A stretch of 64,000 nucleotides of DNA from Salinispira sp. (GTDB lineage: Bacteria; Spirochaetota; Spirochaetia; DSM-27196; Salinispiraceae): the NCBI GenBank assembly GCA_965602015.1, contig OZ271918.1:448001-512000 (forward strand), in the 5' to 3' direction. Shown one piece after another: positions 10,501-18,092 of this stretch. The notes below the pieces were generated by a model, which was not told the origin of the DNA, ran no database searches, and saw only the letters and a list, made by a program, of their open reading frames with translations. A program made the translations under genes and the position numbers. Every line of letters begins with the position of its first letter. Position 1 is the first letter of the stretch.

Positions 10501-10763
10501 ATCCGGAAATCAGCCGGGACTTTATCGGATTCACCGAGACCTATGACGGGACCACCTACAATATTGCGACCTTCGACCTGTTCGCCGTTGACTCCGGGCC
10601 GCAGGTCCTCCAGATCGGAAGCTCCAGCGTAAACAGCATACGACCATACGGTTTCCAGGTGTGGTCCCAGGCTTCATGGCAGAATCTCTCATCGGCTACC
10701 CTGAGCATCGAGCTGCTCAAACCCGATAGCGACGATGTCCGAGTGTATATAATGATCAAGTAA
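7542..10763 (+). CDS. Large surface lipoprotein: InlB B-repeat (Listeria-Bacteroides/Flg_new) domains plus C-terminal zinc metallopeptidase (M30-like)
   Basis: GGAGG RBS before GTG 7542. Lipobox FSSC. Four repeats of the form Y..NG..G......R.GY.F.GWNT..dG.G..Y......LYA.W, plus one divergent repeat. HEYQH zinc motif followed by W.NEMLS...E. Confidence 0.85.
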   Translation: MSIKSKSLLLIALIPILVFSSCDILFETFYTVTYFENGADSGIVPFSQTETVGDAIFLAYNFGELARTGYSFVGWNTSPDGSGLSYDEGEEYIGFEDVNLYAQWSAESYLIRYLANGADSGQVPSSQSKDYGVDVTLRFNENGLARTGYTFIGWNTQANGGGTAYAEGATYSVDADSDFYAHWTDLPTYVISYDGNGNTGGTAPPEQIKLQHEGIAIGNSGNLEKTGHSFLYWNTAADGSGITYETGSIYSVNSDLILYAIWAVNQYSLVYENSGSTTGTAPETLLHDFGSLVAVADQGTLQRDGYDFIAWNTNIGGSGLEYLPGDTITIPAADVTLYPQWEKSPVTLTLGQWHQANPENVVSEWFRFDSEPGKIYQIHTHDAYFTHPDAPGAASYDNELGAYRKDKTTSYNYLIPGGQTGQQDIYGSLEYLELEALEDQVYIQATQYGGGSASGSHWIKVLPILDSYNIAVTVEGNGYVERRVGGILNDGPYPEGTEVELTAIARDSDAFLSWAGALSGSANPQTLTVTSFTEVTAQFTGTPVQPAIVPVIFNPVDTSAMVDLFDLSGKSVYLVKANHSIDAASEAAGVQMNIRPSDLTHQRGIVREPTFAQRLAQLGITEDEVSGGNLRYVDQTGRFILDRSDVLDLDLPGGSASAGNFAAPSRSLRGLEKLEFVAGDSKTFWVDDGPNGQPGVWEQITATLRAVGDNSYIWVHDATYDALSSSGTDNKITQAQAELLRDNFEILYPMATSLFGYELGGGPGGDGGMDSDSRISILLYDVADDYAADQTGGILGYFWGKDAYTQAFFDGNNIDLKSNEAEIFYIDTHFADFWPEGIVSTLAHEYQHMIHFAQKALAHNVSSPAWTNEMLSMLAEDYLSETLGTTLYSSHPSGRINQYNPGYYNSGIVDWNNAPGEDVLESYASAYLFGAFLARNYGGAELIHELATNAAGGIASIEMALSTLGYSETFDDVVAEYTKLHVFPTAHPEISRDFIGFTETYDGTTYNIATFDLFAVDSGPQVLQIGSSSVNSIRPYGFQVWSQASWQNLSSATLSIELLKPDSDDVRVYIMIK

Positions 10764-10820
10764 GTGCTCGAGCTTCGCATGATTCGCCGGCACCGTTTTG
10801 GAGGGAAGAACAAAGGGCTT

Positions 10821-11255
10821 ATGAGTAGTATAAGACACATGACGCAGCTGAATACATTGCTTTTACTAGCTTTTGTGCTTACTTCCTGTGCGGGGTTTGC
10901 CTCCGATGAAGCTTCCGCGCCAAGCGCGGAAGTCTCTTCGGACCAAAGAGTCAGTCAGGATGGCGGTGATACCCCGGCAGAACCGAGGGATGTTAGTATT
11001 CGTTTCCGTGGTGTGCCCGCGGTATACGGCAGCGAGCCGAGAACTTACATTGCCATTGAGGTTCGAAATGAAGGTTCCCGGAAGGCTTTGAGCTATTTCG
11101 TACACCCGGATTACCAGGAACCGTTGAGGAGCCTCACCGGTACGCTGCTTGTGTTCACGGGAGTTATGTATAGTGGCGAACAGGGTTTTTTAGAGTCCCG
11201 GTTTCATGACGGGGTGTTTGTTCCCGAAAGTTGGGAAACGCCCCGAGAACCCTGA
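10821..11255 (+). CDS. Hypothetical lipoprotein
   Basis: Hydrophobic leader with lipobox LTSC. Start at ATG 10821 or 10839. Co-directional with the peptidase gene. Confidence 0.7.
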   Translation: MSSIRHMTQLNTLLLLAFVLTSCAGFASDEASAPSAEVSSDQRVSQDGGDTPAEPRDVSIRFRGVPAVYGSEPRTYIAIEVRNEGSRKALSYFVHPDYQEPLRSLTGTLLVFTGVMYSGEQGFLESRFHDGVFVPESWETPREP

Positions 11256-11341
11256 CACTGAAGGGCTCAAAGCATCATTGTATGGGTGGATTTTTGCCCT
11301 TGAGCGCCGATCTTTAACGATCGATCACCATTCATAACTAT

Positions 11342-11860
11342 CTATAAGCTGGCGAGAAGTTTTTTTGCCCTGCCGGCGATTGATTTTCGCGTTTCACCGG
11401 TAAAGCGCTCAAGACGGGGAAGAAGCCACTGTCTGAGTTCCTCGTCGTCTTTGGCCCAGTTCCCCAGAGTCTGCATGGAGTTGTTAATTACTATCCAGTC
11501 CTGATGACTGTCCAGGTTGGCCTTCATGATTTCCTGTGCCCGCGACCTTTGGTCATCATCAAGCAAATGGGACGTGAAGTCGAACAGGTTGGCAAGGGTC
11601 CACTGGGTGGACGCCTGGTCGATCTGCGAAATCTCGTTCAAAAAGCGGTCCATAAATGGCAATAGCCATTCGGGATGTTCCTTGGTCACCCGCTTGACCG
11701 CATTTGATGTTCGCAGCCGGACGACTTCATCGCCGCTTTGGTAACAGTCGATTAACTCGCTAAACCGTTCCCTGTTATTCATTACCTGTTCAACTACCTC
11801 GAGGGTTCGACCAAGGGAATTCGGGTGACCGCCGGTCATGAGCTGCTCGAACTCTGTCAT
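11342..11860 (-). CDS. Conserved hypothetical HEAT/armadillo-like helical protein
   Basis: All-helical pattern (D.VVRLRTSNAVKRV...W..A..F...WIV.NNSMQTL). Start overlaps the stop of the upstream gene. Confidence 0.75.
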   Translation of the reverse strand: MTEFEQLMTGGHPNSLGRTLEVVEQVMNNRERFSELIDCYQSGDEVVRLRTSNAVKRVTKEHPEWLLPFMDRFLNEISQIDQASTQWTLANLFDFTSHLLDDDQRSRAQEIMKANLDSHQDWIVINNSMQTLGNWAKDDEELRQWLLPRLERFTGETRKSIAGRAKKLLASL

Positions 11861-12507
11861 TGTTTTTCCCTTTTTTCGGTTTCTATCCTTATGAACTCCG
11901 GGAGATACTCAGGCGTGCAGTTTTTTGGCACCGGAATGCCCTTGTACAGCCCTTCCCGTTCGCCGATTGCCAGCAGTCGGCTTCTGTACCGGGCATCGAA
12001 CACGCCGATCCAGCCGGCGGCGAGGTTCATTGCCCATTGGACTTCCGGGGCCTCGCCTGAGAGCTCCGCATCTATTGCATTCACCAGATCGGCGGTGTTA
12101 TCCGGCGGCTCTTTTCCGGTCCAGCGGAGCCTGCCCTGATGGTACCAGAACATCCGTCGGAAATCGGGAATTTCATGATGCTGCCAACCGAGCAGCAGGG
12201 AGGTCAAGCGCTTGTCCTTCATGAGCTGGTTTGCCATAAGCCACTCGTTTACCCGATTCCGCTCGTCATCGCTGTTGTCTCTCAGGTCGTTCATCATCCG
12301 CGAGAGGACCGTCTCGTCCAGCTTTTTCTTGTCCATGATCAGGACAGAGAGAAGCCGGGGATAGTATTTTCCCGACGCCCACAAGTGCATTGCCAGCTCA
12401 TGATCCGTTTTTATTTCCTTCGCGAGCTTTTTGAGTTCGCCCATTTTTGTGTCAGGCTTGTCAATTGATGCGATAATCCGCTCTGCATCCCGGGTATTTT
12501 CAGACAT
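11857..12507 (-). CDS. DNA alkylation repair family protein (AlkD-like HEAT repeat)
   Basis: LKKLAKEIKTDHELA..LWASG...RLL..LI and C-terminal VQWAMN...IG......R..AIGE..G.Y......CT..Y.PEFI. GGAGG RBS. Confidence 0.8.
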   Translation of the reverse strand: MSENTRDAERIIASIDKPDTKMGELKKLAKEIKTDHELAMHLWASGKYYPRLLSVLIMDKKKLDETVLSRMMNDLRDNSDDERNRVNEWLMANQLMKDKRLTSLLLGWQHHEIPDFRRMFWYHQGRLRWTGKEPPDNTADLVNAIDAELSGEAPEVQWAMNLAAGWIGVFDARYRSRLLAIGEREGLYKGIPVPKNCTPEYLPEFIRIETEKREKQ

Positions 12508-12530
12508 AATTACCTCCGATTCTGCGGTTG

Positions 12531-13814
12531 TTAGCTCGCCGTCATGCCGGTGAGGAACCAGGTAGTCATGCTCCCCACGCCTTTGATAGGGGTTTCGCCG
12601 CGTTTTGTAAAGGCAAAAGAAGACTTGTTTGCTTCGGCGAAATCATCGCTACAGTGGATTTTTCCCGGTTCGCCGGATGATTCCAGCCGGGATGCCACAT
12701 TAACCGTGTTGCCCCACAAATCGTAGCTGAATTTTCGCGTGCCGATGACTCCCGCCACCACCTCGCCGCAATGAAGTCCAATGCGAAGGCGGATGTCGCC
12801 GTTTAGCCCTCGGATGGCATTCATCATTTCGATGGCCAGTTTCCCGAGCCGCTCACCGTGATCCGCCATTGATGACGGAACCCCGGCTACTGCCATGTAT
12901 GCATCGCCGATGGTCTTTATTTTCTCGACTCCGTATTTATCACAGAGCTGATCGAAGGAGGAGAATACCGAATTGAGCAAGCTGACCAGTTCTTCCGGGC
13001 TAATCCCCCGGGAGAGGGGGGTGAAGTCGACGATATCGCAAAAGAGTACGGACACCGAGTTAAAATGCTCGACGAGGGGGGACTCTCCGGCCTTCATTCT
13101 CGGAACGATTTGGGAAGGAAGGATGTTCTCAAGGAGCCCGTCGGCCCGTTGCCGCTCGTTTTCTATTCTCCGCTCGTAGTGGGCTCCCACCCGTCGCGCG
13201 GAAAAGGAGACCGGGAAGGCGACGACGAAGGCAAACACGATGGCGCCGATAATGACCAGCCGGGTAATTGAAGCGATTTCGGCTTCGATTCTGGCGGTGT
13301 TTTCATGCGATGAAACTGTCCAGTTGGCATTTTCAACAGCCTGGAAGAATACCACCTCGCGCATCTGCAATTCTTCGAACACCAATAGCCCGGATCCGCT
13401 TCGTCCGCTTTGCACCGGATCGAGCCATTCGACAAGATTCTCTCCGTCGAAATCTTCGTCGAACAGGGGGTTTTTCGCCCCTGCGGACATGCCCAGGGCG
13501 GCCAGGTCCGGATGGCAGAGGTATTGCGAACTGTCCTGGTCGATAAGGCAGACATAACCCCGGTCGGTGTCTGTACCCTCTATGGCAGCCTGAAACTCCG
13601 CCAGAACGACATCCGGTGCGGCTCCGCTTGCAAGCCGTCCCTGGACAAAACGGGACATTGCCCGGGCATGACGCTCGTTTACATCGGCCTGCAATTCGAA
13701 GTAGGTATTCTCCAACTCGGCAATAACCAGGGGAAAAATCACCACTCCCATGGCCAGGATCGAAAGAAACACTGCCAGAAAGGTAAACAGAAATAATCGG
13801 GTTTTTTGTCTCAT
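12531..13814 (-). CDS. Membrane class III adenylate cyclase with periplasmic Cache-like sensor
   Basis: Two TM helices around a Cache-like region (YLCHPD). Catalytic FCDIVDFT, KIKTIGDAYM, YDLWGNTVNVASRLES. The K/D pair indicates ATP specificity. Confidence 0.9.
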   Translation of the reverse strand: MRQKTRLFLFTFLAVFLSILAMGVVIFPLVIAELENTYFELQADVNERHARAMSRFVQGRLASGAAPDVVLAEFQAAIEGTDTDRGYVCLIDQDSSQYLCHPDLAALGMSAGAKNPLFDEDFDGENLVEWLDPVQSGRSGSGLLVFEELQMREVVFFQAVENANWTVSSHENTARIEAEIASITRLVIIGAIVFAFVVAFPVSFSARRVGAHYERRIENERQRADGLLENILPSQIVPRMKAGESPLVEHFNSVSVLFCDIVDFTPLSRGISPEELVSLLNSVFSSFDQLCDKYGVEKIKTIGDAYMAVAGVPSSMADHGERLGKLAIEMMNAIRGLNGDIRLRIGLHCGEVVAGVIGTRKFSYDLWGNTVNVASRLESSGEPGKIHCSDDFAEANKSSFAFTKRGETPIKGVGSMTTWFLTGMTAS

Positions 13815-13867
13815 GGATATACTTTCCGCTATAATTCTCCATATGGCAAGTGCCGGAGGACCGCGCG

Positions 13868-14536
13868 ATGAAAAACCTGGGCAACAACCGCAGACAGAAC
13901 GACTTGATACAGAACGACCTTATACAGAACGACCGTATACAGAACGACCGCATACTGATGGAAACCAGAGAAGAGCTTCGTCATTGGCTCGAGGAGAATC
14001 ATGGAGCGAAAAACTCGGTTTGGCTGGTCACCTGGAAAAAGAAGAGCGGAAAAGCCCGCCTGAGCTACGATGAAATCGTCGACGAATGCCTGTGTTTCGG
14101 TTGGATCGACAGTCTTCCAAAAAAGCTCGACGAAGACAGAAGCATGCTGAGAATTTCCCCCCGGAATCCCTCGAGTAACTGGTCGGGAATTAACAAAAAA
14201 CGGGTTCTCCGCTTGCGGGAGGAGGGGAGGATGACAGAAGCCGGAGAGCAGATCGTACGGGTAGCCAAATCCAATGGAGCCTGGGATTTTTTGAACGACG
14301 TTGAACAGCTCATAGTCCCCGACGACTTGGACAAAGCTCTGTCAGAAATCGAATCCGCCCGGTTTTACTTCGACCGGTTCCCCCCGTCATCGAGAAGGGG
14401 AATACTCGAATGGATAAAAACCGCAAAAACCGAGGAGACCCGGATGCGGCGCATCAAGGCCACAGCCGAAAAAGCCGGAAAAAATATCAAGGCCAACTTC
14501 CCCAAAGGGAGGAACCGGGGACCGAAGTACCCTTGA
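13868..14536 (+). CDS. YdeI/OmpD-associated (OmdA) family protein
   Basis: WLEENH...VWLV..KK...Y...VDE.LCFGWIDS...PRNP.SNWS..NK.RV..L...G.M..AG and IVPDDL...WI..AK..ETR.RRI. GGAGGA RBS before ATG 13868. Confidence 0.88.
   Translation: MKNLGNNRRQNDLIQNDLIQNDRIQNDRILMETREELRHWLEENHGAKNSVWLVTWKKKSGKARLSYDEIVDECLCFGWIDSLPKKLDEDRSMLRISPRNPSSNWSGINKKRVLRLREEGRMTEAGEQIVRVAKSNGAWDFLNDVEQLIVPDDLDKALSEIESARFYFDRFPPSSRRGILEWIKTAKTEETRMRRIKATAEKAGKNIKANFPKGRNRGPKYP
13894..13953 (+). repeat. 4 x 15-bp in-frame tandem repeat (QNDLI/QNDRI)
   Basis: acagaacgacttgat, acagaacgaccttat, acagaacgaccgtat, acagaacgaccgcat. Confidence 0.95.
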
Positions 14537-14540
14537 AGTT

Positions 14541-15074
14541 CTAAAAAAGCATCCCCTGGGAGACCATGCTTCCCTCCAGCTCCAGGAGCTTTTCTTTTGC
14601 AGCGGTGCCCCCGGCGTAACCCACCAGTGAGCCGTCGCTGCCGATGATGCGGTGGCAGGGGATAATAATGGAGATGGCATTTGCGCCGTTTGCCGCTGCC
14701 ACCGCCCGCACTGAATCGGGGTTGCCCAGTGTGGTTGCAAGATCCGCATAGGAGGCGGTTTGTCCGTAGGGAATCTGACGCAGAGCCCTCCACACCTCGA
14801 GTTGAAATTCGCTGCCTGCTGGCTTGAGCGGTATATCGAAGTCTTTCCTGATGCCTGAGAAGTATTCGCCGAACTGCTTCATGGTTTCGCTCAATACATC
14901 GTCTTCTCCCTCGGCGTACTCGGCGGAAAAAGCGCTTTTGATGCGCATATCAATCCGGTTCCGCATTGCGCGATACCGCCAGTCAGCCAGAACCAAAAAG
15001 CCATCAATGCTGCCCAAAAGCAGTTCTCCCGCGGGAGACCGGTAGACCTGGGTGGAAATTACGTTTGAACTCAT
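14541..15074 (-). CDS. ogt: Methylated-DNA--protein-cysteine methyltransferase
   Basis: FQ..VW.AL..IPYG.T.SY...RAVA.ANGAN and active-site IIPCHRI, then GYAGG. Confidence 0.95.
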   Translation of the reverse strand: MSSNVISTQVYRSPAGELLLGSIDGFLVLADWRYRAMRNRIDMRIKSAFSAEYAEGEDDVLSETMKQFGEYFSGIRKDFDIPLKPAGSEFQLEVWRALRQIPYGQTASYADLATTLGNPDSVRAVAAANGANAISIIIPCHRIIGSDGSLVGYAGGTAAKEKLLELEGSMVSQGMLF

Positions 15075-15076
15075 GG

Positions 15077-15970
15077 TCAGTCCTTCATCAGCGAGTAGTT
15101 ATCGCTGTCGGGGAGGGGTACCCGGGGCCCGCTGTCTTCGGTCACGTCTCCGAATTTGCCGGATTTCCAGTCTTCCATTGCCTGCTGAATCCTCGACTTG
15201 GAGGATGAGACGAAATTCCACCACATGTAACGCTTCCCCAGAGGGGTTCCTCCGATAAGCACGAAACGGGCGGGGGAATCGCTTGAGACGATTGAGCTTC
15301 CCTCCTCCAGAATAGCCATGCGGCCTTTCTCAAGCAGGTCGCCGTTCACCTTCATGTCCGCGTCCACCGGGTACAGAGCCATTTCCTCAGCCATCGCCGG
15401 GATGACGATGTTCCGTCCGGCCTCCAGCTTGTACTCGAGGTAGAGGGCATCGGTGAGGGCCGCAACAGGCGAGGTCATTCCGTAGGCCCTGCCCATCATC
15501 ACCCGGATGTTCCCTCCCCCGGTGCTCACCGAGGGCAGCTGATCGGCGGTGTAATGGTAGAACGCCGGTTCGCATTCTTCATCAGCAGTATGCAGGGCGT
15601 GCCATAGCTGGAGGCCGTGCAGGCGTTCCCCGGCTATGCGACTGTCTTTCGGACTGCGCTCCGAATGGGCTATTCCCTGGCCGGCGACCATCAGATTCAC
15701 CGCGCCGGGAGTTATCTCCCTGATGCTTCCGATGGTGTCGCGATGCATAATGCTGCCCTCGAACAGATAGGTCACCGTCGCGAGGCCGATATGCGGGTGG
15801 GGAAGGACATCAATACCCTCGTCAGAGGAAAAAGAATGGGGTCCCATGTGGTCAAAAAAAACCCAGGGGCCGACGGATTTCACGCCGATCTTTGGGAGCA
15901 GCCGGCCAACGGGGAAGCCGTCGAAGGAAAGGCTTCGGGGCTCTATAACGTGCTTGAATGCTGATTTCAT
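15077..15970 (-). CDS. Pirin family protein
   Basis: GPWVFFDHMGP, PHPHIGLATVTYLFEG..HRD, AG.GIAHSE, WWNFVSS. Confidence 0.95.
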   Translation of the reverse strand: MKSAFKHVIEPRSLSFDGFPVGRLLPKIGVKSVGPWVFFDHMGPHSFSSDEGIDVLPHPHIGLATVTYLFEGSIMHRDTIGSIREITPGAVNLMVAGQGIAHSERSPKDSRIAGERLHGLQLWHALHTADEECEPAFYHYTADQLPSVSTGGGNIRVMMGRAYGMTSPVAALTDALYLEYKLEAGRNIVIPAMAEEMALYPVDADMKVNGDLLEKGRMAILEEGSSIVSSDSPARFVLIGGTPLGKRYMWWNFVSSSKSRIQQAMEDWKSGKFGDVTEDSGPRVPLPDSDNYSLMKD

Positions 15971-15996
15971 ATCAGCAGTATGTACCCGAGCGGGGG

Positions 15997-16347
15997 CTAT
16001 TGCAACACTTCCTCGATTATCGACGTCCCTGAACTCTTGTCGCCGCTGGTCCAGCGCCAGCTTTCGTGAAAACGCAGCCTGCCGTCGGGCAGCTGCTCCG
16101 GTGTCGAGCGGCAGTATCCGCTTTTTATCTGCAGGTCCTTGTTGAGGTGATGGTATGAAAACTCGAGCCCGCCCTCATCGTCAATGGTCCCGATGAGATG
16201 GCCCGACACCACCTCGCCCCCGCCGTAATCCGCCCAGATCATTCGACCGTCCTGGAAATAGTGAAATCTTGTCTGGCCTGACACTTCGCCATTCTCCGTA
16301 TTGTGTACTCCGGTAAAAATCCGGCCGTTGATGTTTATGTTTTTCAT
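15997..16347 (-). CDS. Small conserved hypothetical beta-barrel-like protein
   Basis: 116-aa ORF with AGGAG RBS and pattern N..NGEV...T.F.Y.Q.....WA.Y.GG....G.L.G...E.W.W....G.S..EE. Function not assignable. Confidence 0.75.
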   Translation of the reverse strand: MKNININGRIFTGVHNTENGEVSGQTRFHYFQDGRMIWADYGGGEVVSGHLIGTIDDEGGLEFSYHHLNKDLQIKSGYCRSTPEQLPDGRLRFHESWRWTSGDKSSGTSIIEEVLQ

Positions 16348-16376
16348 GGCTTCTCCTGTCGAGGCAATCTATTTGA

Positions 16377-16522
16377 AGTGCCCCCAAAACAGCTGATATT
16401 GTGCGCCAAGTATCAATCCTGACCTGAAATGCAAATGAAGTGGCAAAAAACTTTCAGATTAGTCCCTTACTTCTTGTTCCTAAGGCATTTGCATCAATTC
16501 AATCAGCTGTTTTGGGGGCACT
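16377..16522. mobile_element. 146-bp MITE-like element, copy 1
   Basis: Perfect 21-bp terminal inverted repeats AGTGCCCCCAAAACAGCTGAT (16377-16397 / 16502-16522) around an AT-richer interior. A relative lies at 41908-42054. Confidence 0.75.
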
Positions 16523-16847
16523 AACTTCTGTTTTCCTTAGGGACTCCAGCAATGCCCTGAACTTCGCCTCGACGGGCGCTGTCCCAAAACCTGGGTCTTT
16601 GAAAATCGTTCTGCCGAGGCATAGTCATCAGCTCGAAACAAGGGCCGGCCTCATCGACCACCTCCAGACCCAGGTGGGTGAGATTTTTTTCCGATAGAAA
16701 GGGCTCCCTGGTTAATCCTTTCTCTGAGGCGTTGCCAAATCCGCAGGTCATTGCGATGTCGATAATCCGGAGGTCGTCTCTGGCATTGATCATACTGGCA
16801 GCCCGCTCCAGACGCATTCGACGGATGCATTCGAAGGGGCGTTCACC
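16521..16847 (-). pseudogene. Fragment of an AraC-family regulator, possibly AraC-GyrI type
   Basis: Directly after the TAG at 16848 the frame reads GERPFECIRRMRLERAASMINARDDLRIIDIAMTCGFGN. This is the middle of an AraC HTH, with no N-terminus and no completion of the second HTH. Confidence 0.7.
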
Positions 16848-18092
16848 CTATAGCACCTCCTCCAAGACGTAAAAAATTCCCTCGTCTGTCCCGAATATTA
16901 TCCACGGACCGGCGATAACCGGGGTGTTAAGAATGCTCCCCTCGACCTCGATATCCCAGATCACCGATCCGTCCCGTGGAGAGGCGCAGATCAGACGGCC
17001 CACTCCGTCAACCGCCTCAAGGCCGAAGTAGAGGCGATCTCCCGAGAGAGTGGGGGCGGTGCTTACGGGGGTGGGATACATGCGCCGCCACAGCTCGGCT
17101 CCGTCGCCCGCCCGGTAGGACCGCAGGAGCTGATCGCCCATGGCAAAAATCACCTGATTGCGCCAGATCAAAGGCGCACCGTAATCTAGCAGCAGGGAAT
17201 TCTTGAGTAGGTAGTCCCGGGCCAGCAGCAGGTCGCCGCCGGCGCTCAGCAGGGCCGGATCGCGGGTTTCCCACAGCAGCTCGCCGCTGCGCACATCATG
17301 GGCGGCAAAGTAATGCTCCCAAAGCCCCGGCTCTACCAGGCCGGTAACGGAAAAAAAGAGGCGCCGGTTTTTTACCGCCGGAAAGCTGTACCAATAGTAT
17401 ATGTCGAGCTCATCGCTCAGACTCCAGAGATACTGCCGGCTTTCCAGATCGTAAACCGAAAGGTTAAACGGATCTTCGGGGGTCCCCGGAGCAAAGGCCA
17501 AAATGTCGTCGAAAATCTGGTAGGAGTTGCGGTACCATACCGCATTGTCCAGGGTGTAGCGAAGCTCGCCGTCGGTGGAGATGAAGTACACCGCATCGGC
17601 ATCGCCGGACGCCACTATCATGTCCTGATAGGGGATAATTGTGGAATTTACCTGCCCCTGGGCCTGGTATTGCCATGCTACCTCGCCGTTGCGGCGGTAC
17701 AGAGCATAGATAATCCCGTCGCTGGAGCCGAAATAGACTTTTTCCCGGTCCACATAGGCCACGGAATTTATCGGTCCTCCGCTGCGGAATGTCCAGTTCA
17801 TGTATCCGCTTCCCAGGTCCAGGCTATAAAAATTCCCGTCGGCCGAGCCGAAGTAAATCGTATTGTCTAATACCAGGGGCTGATTGAAGTGACGCCGATC
17901 GTCGGGCTGCTTTGACAGCAGAAGCCGCCACCTCACGGCTATGGGCGCTTCAATGCTCGTTCTGGCCTGTCCGAGACCTCGGTTTCCCCGGAACTCTATC
18001 CACTGTCTGCGGCCGGAACAGCCGGTAAGCAGCAGCAGGGCAACGGCAGACAGCAGCGCAGCGTGGGACAGCCTCATCCGCCTATTCATCAC
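16848..18092 (-). CDS. PQQ-like/BamB-like beta-propeller lipoprotein
   Basis: Lipobox LTGC and repeated blades IYFGS.DG..Y.L....G...W. Confidence 0.88.
   Translation of the reverse strand: MMNRRMRLSHAALLSAVALLLLTGCSGRRQWIEFRGNRGLGQARTSIEAPIAVRWRLLLSKQPDDRRHFNQPLVLDNTIYFGSADGNFYSLDLGSGYMNWTFRSGGPINSVAYVDREKVYFGSSDGIIYALYRRNGEVAWQYQAQGQVNSTIIPYQDMIVASGDADAVYFISTDGELRYTLDNAVWYRNSYQIFDDILAFAPGTPEDPFNLSVYDLESRQYLWSLSDELDIYYWYSFPAVKNRRLFFSVTGLVEPGLWEHYFAAHDVRSGELLWETRDPALLSAGGDLLLARDYLLKNSLLLDYGAPLIWRNQVIFAMGDQLLRSYRAGDGAELWRRMYPTPVSTAPTLSGDRLYFGLEAVDGVGRLICASPRDGSVIWDIEVEGSILNTPVIAGPWIIFGTDEGIFYVLEEVL

Noticed and set aside
13894..13953. Possible CRISPR-like repeat
   Set aside because: 15-bp units without spacers, in frame within a gene, and no cas genes in the window.
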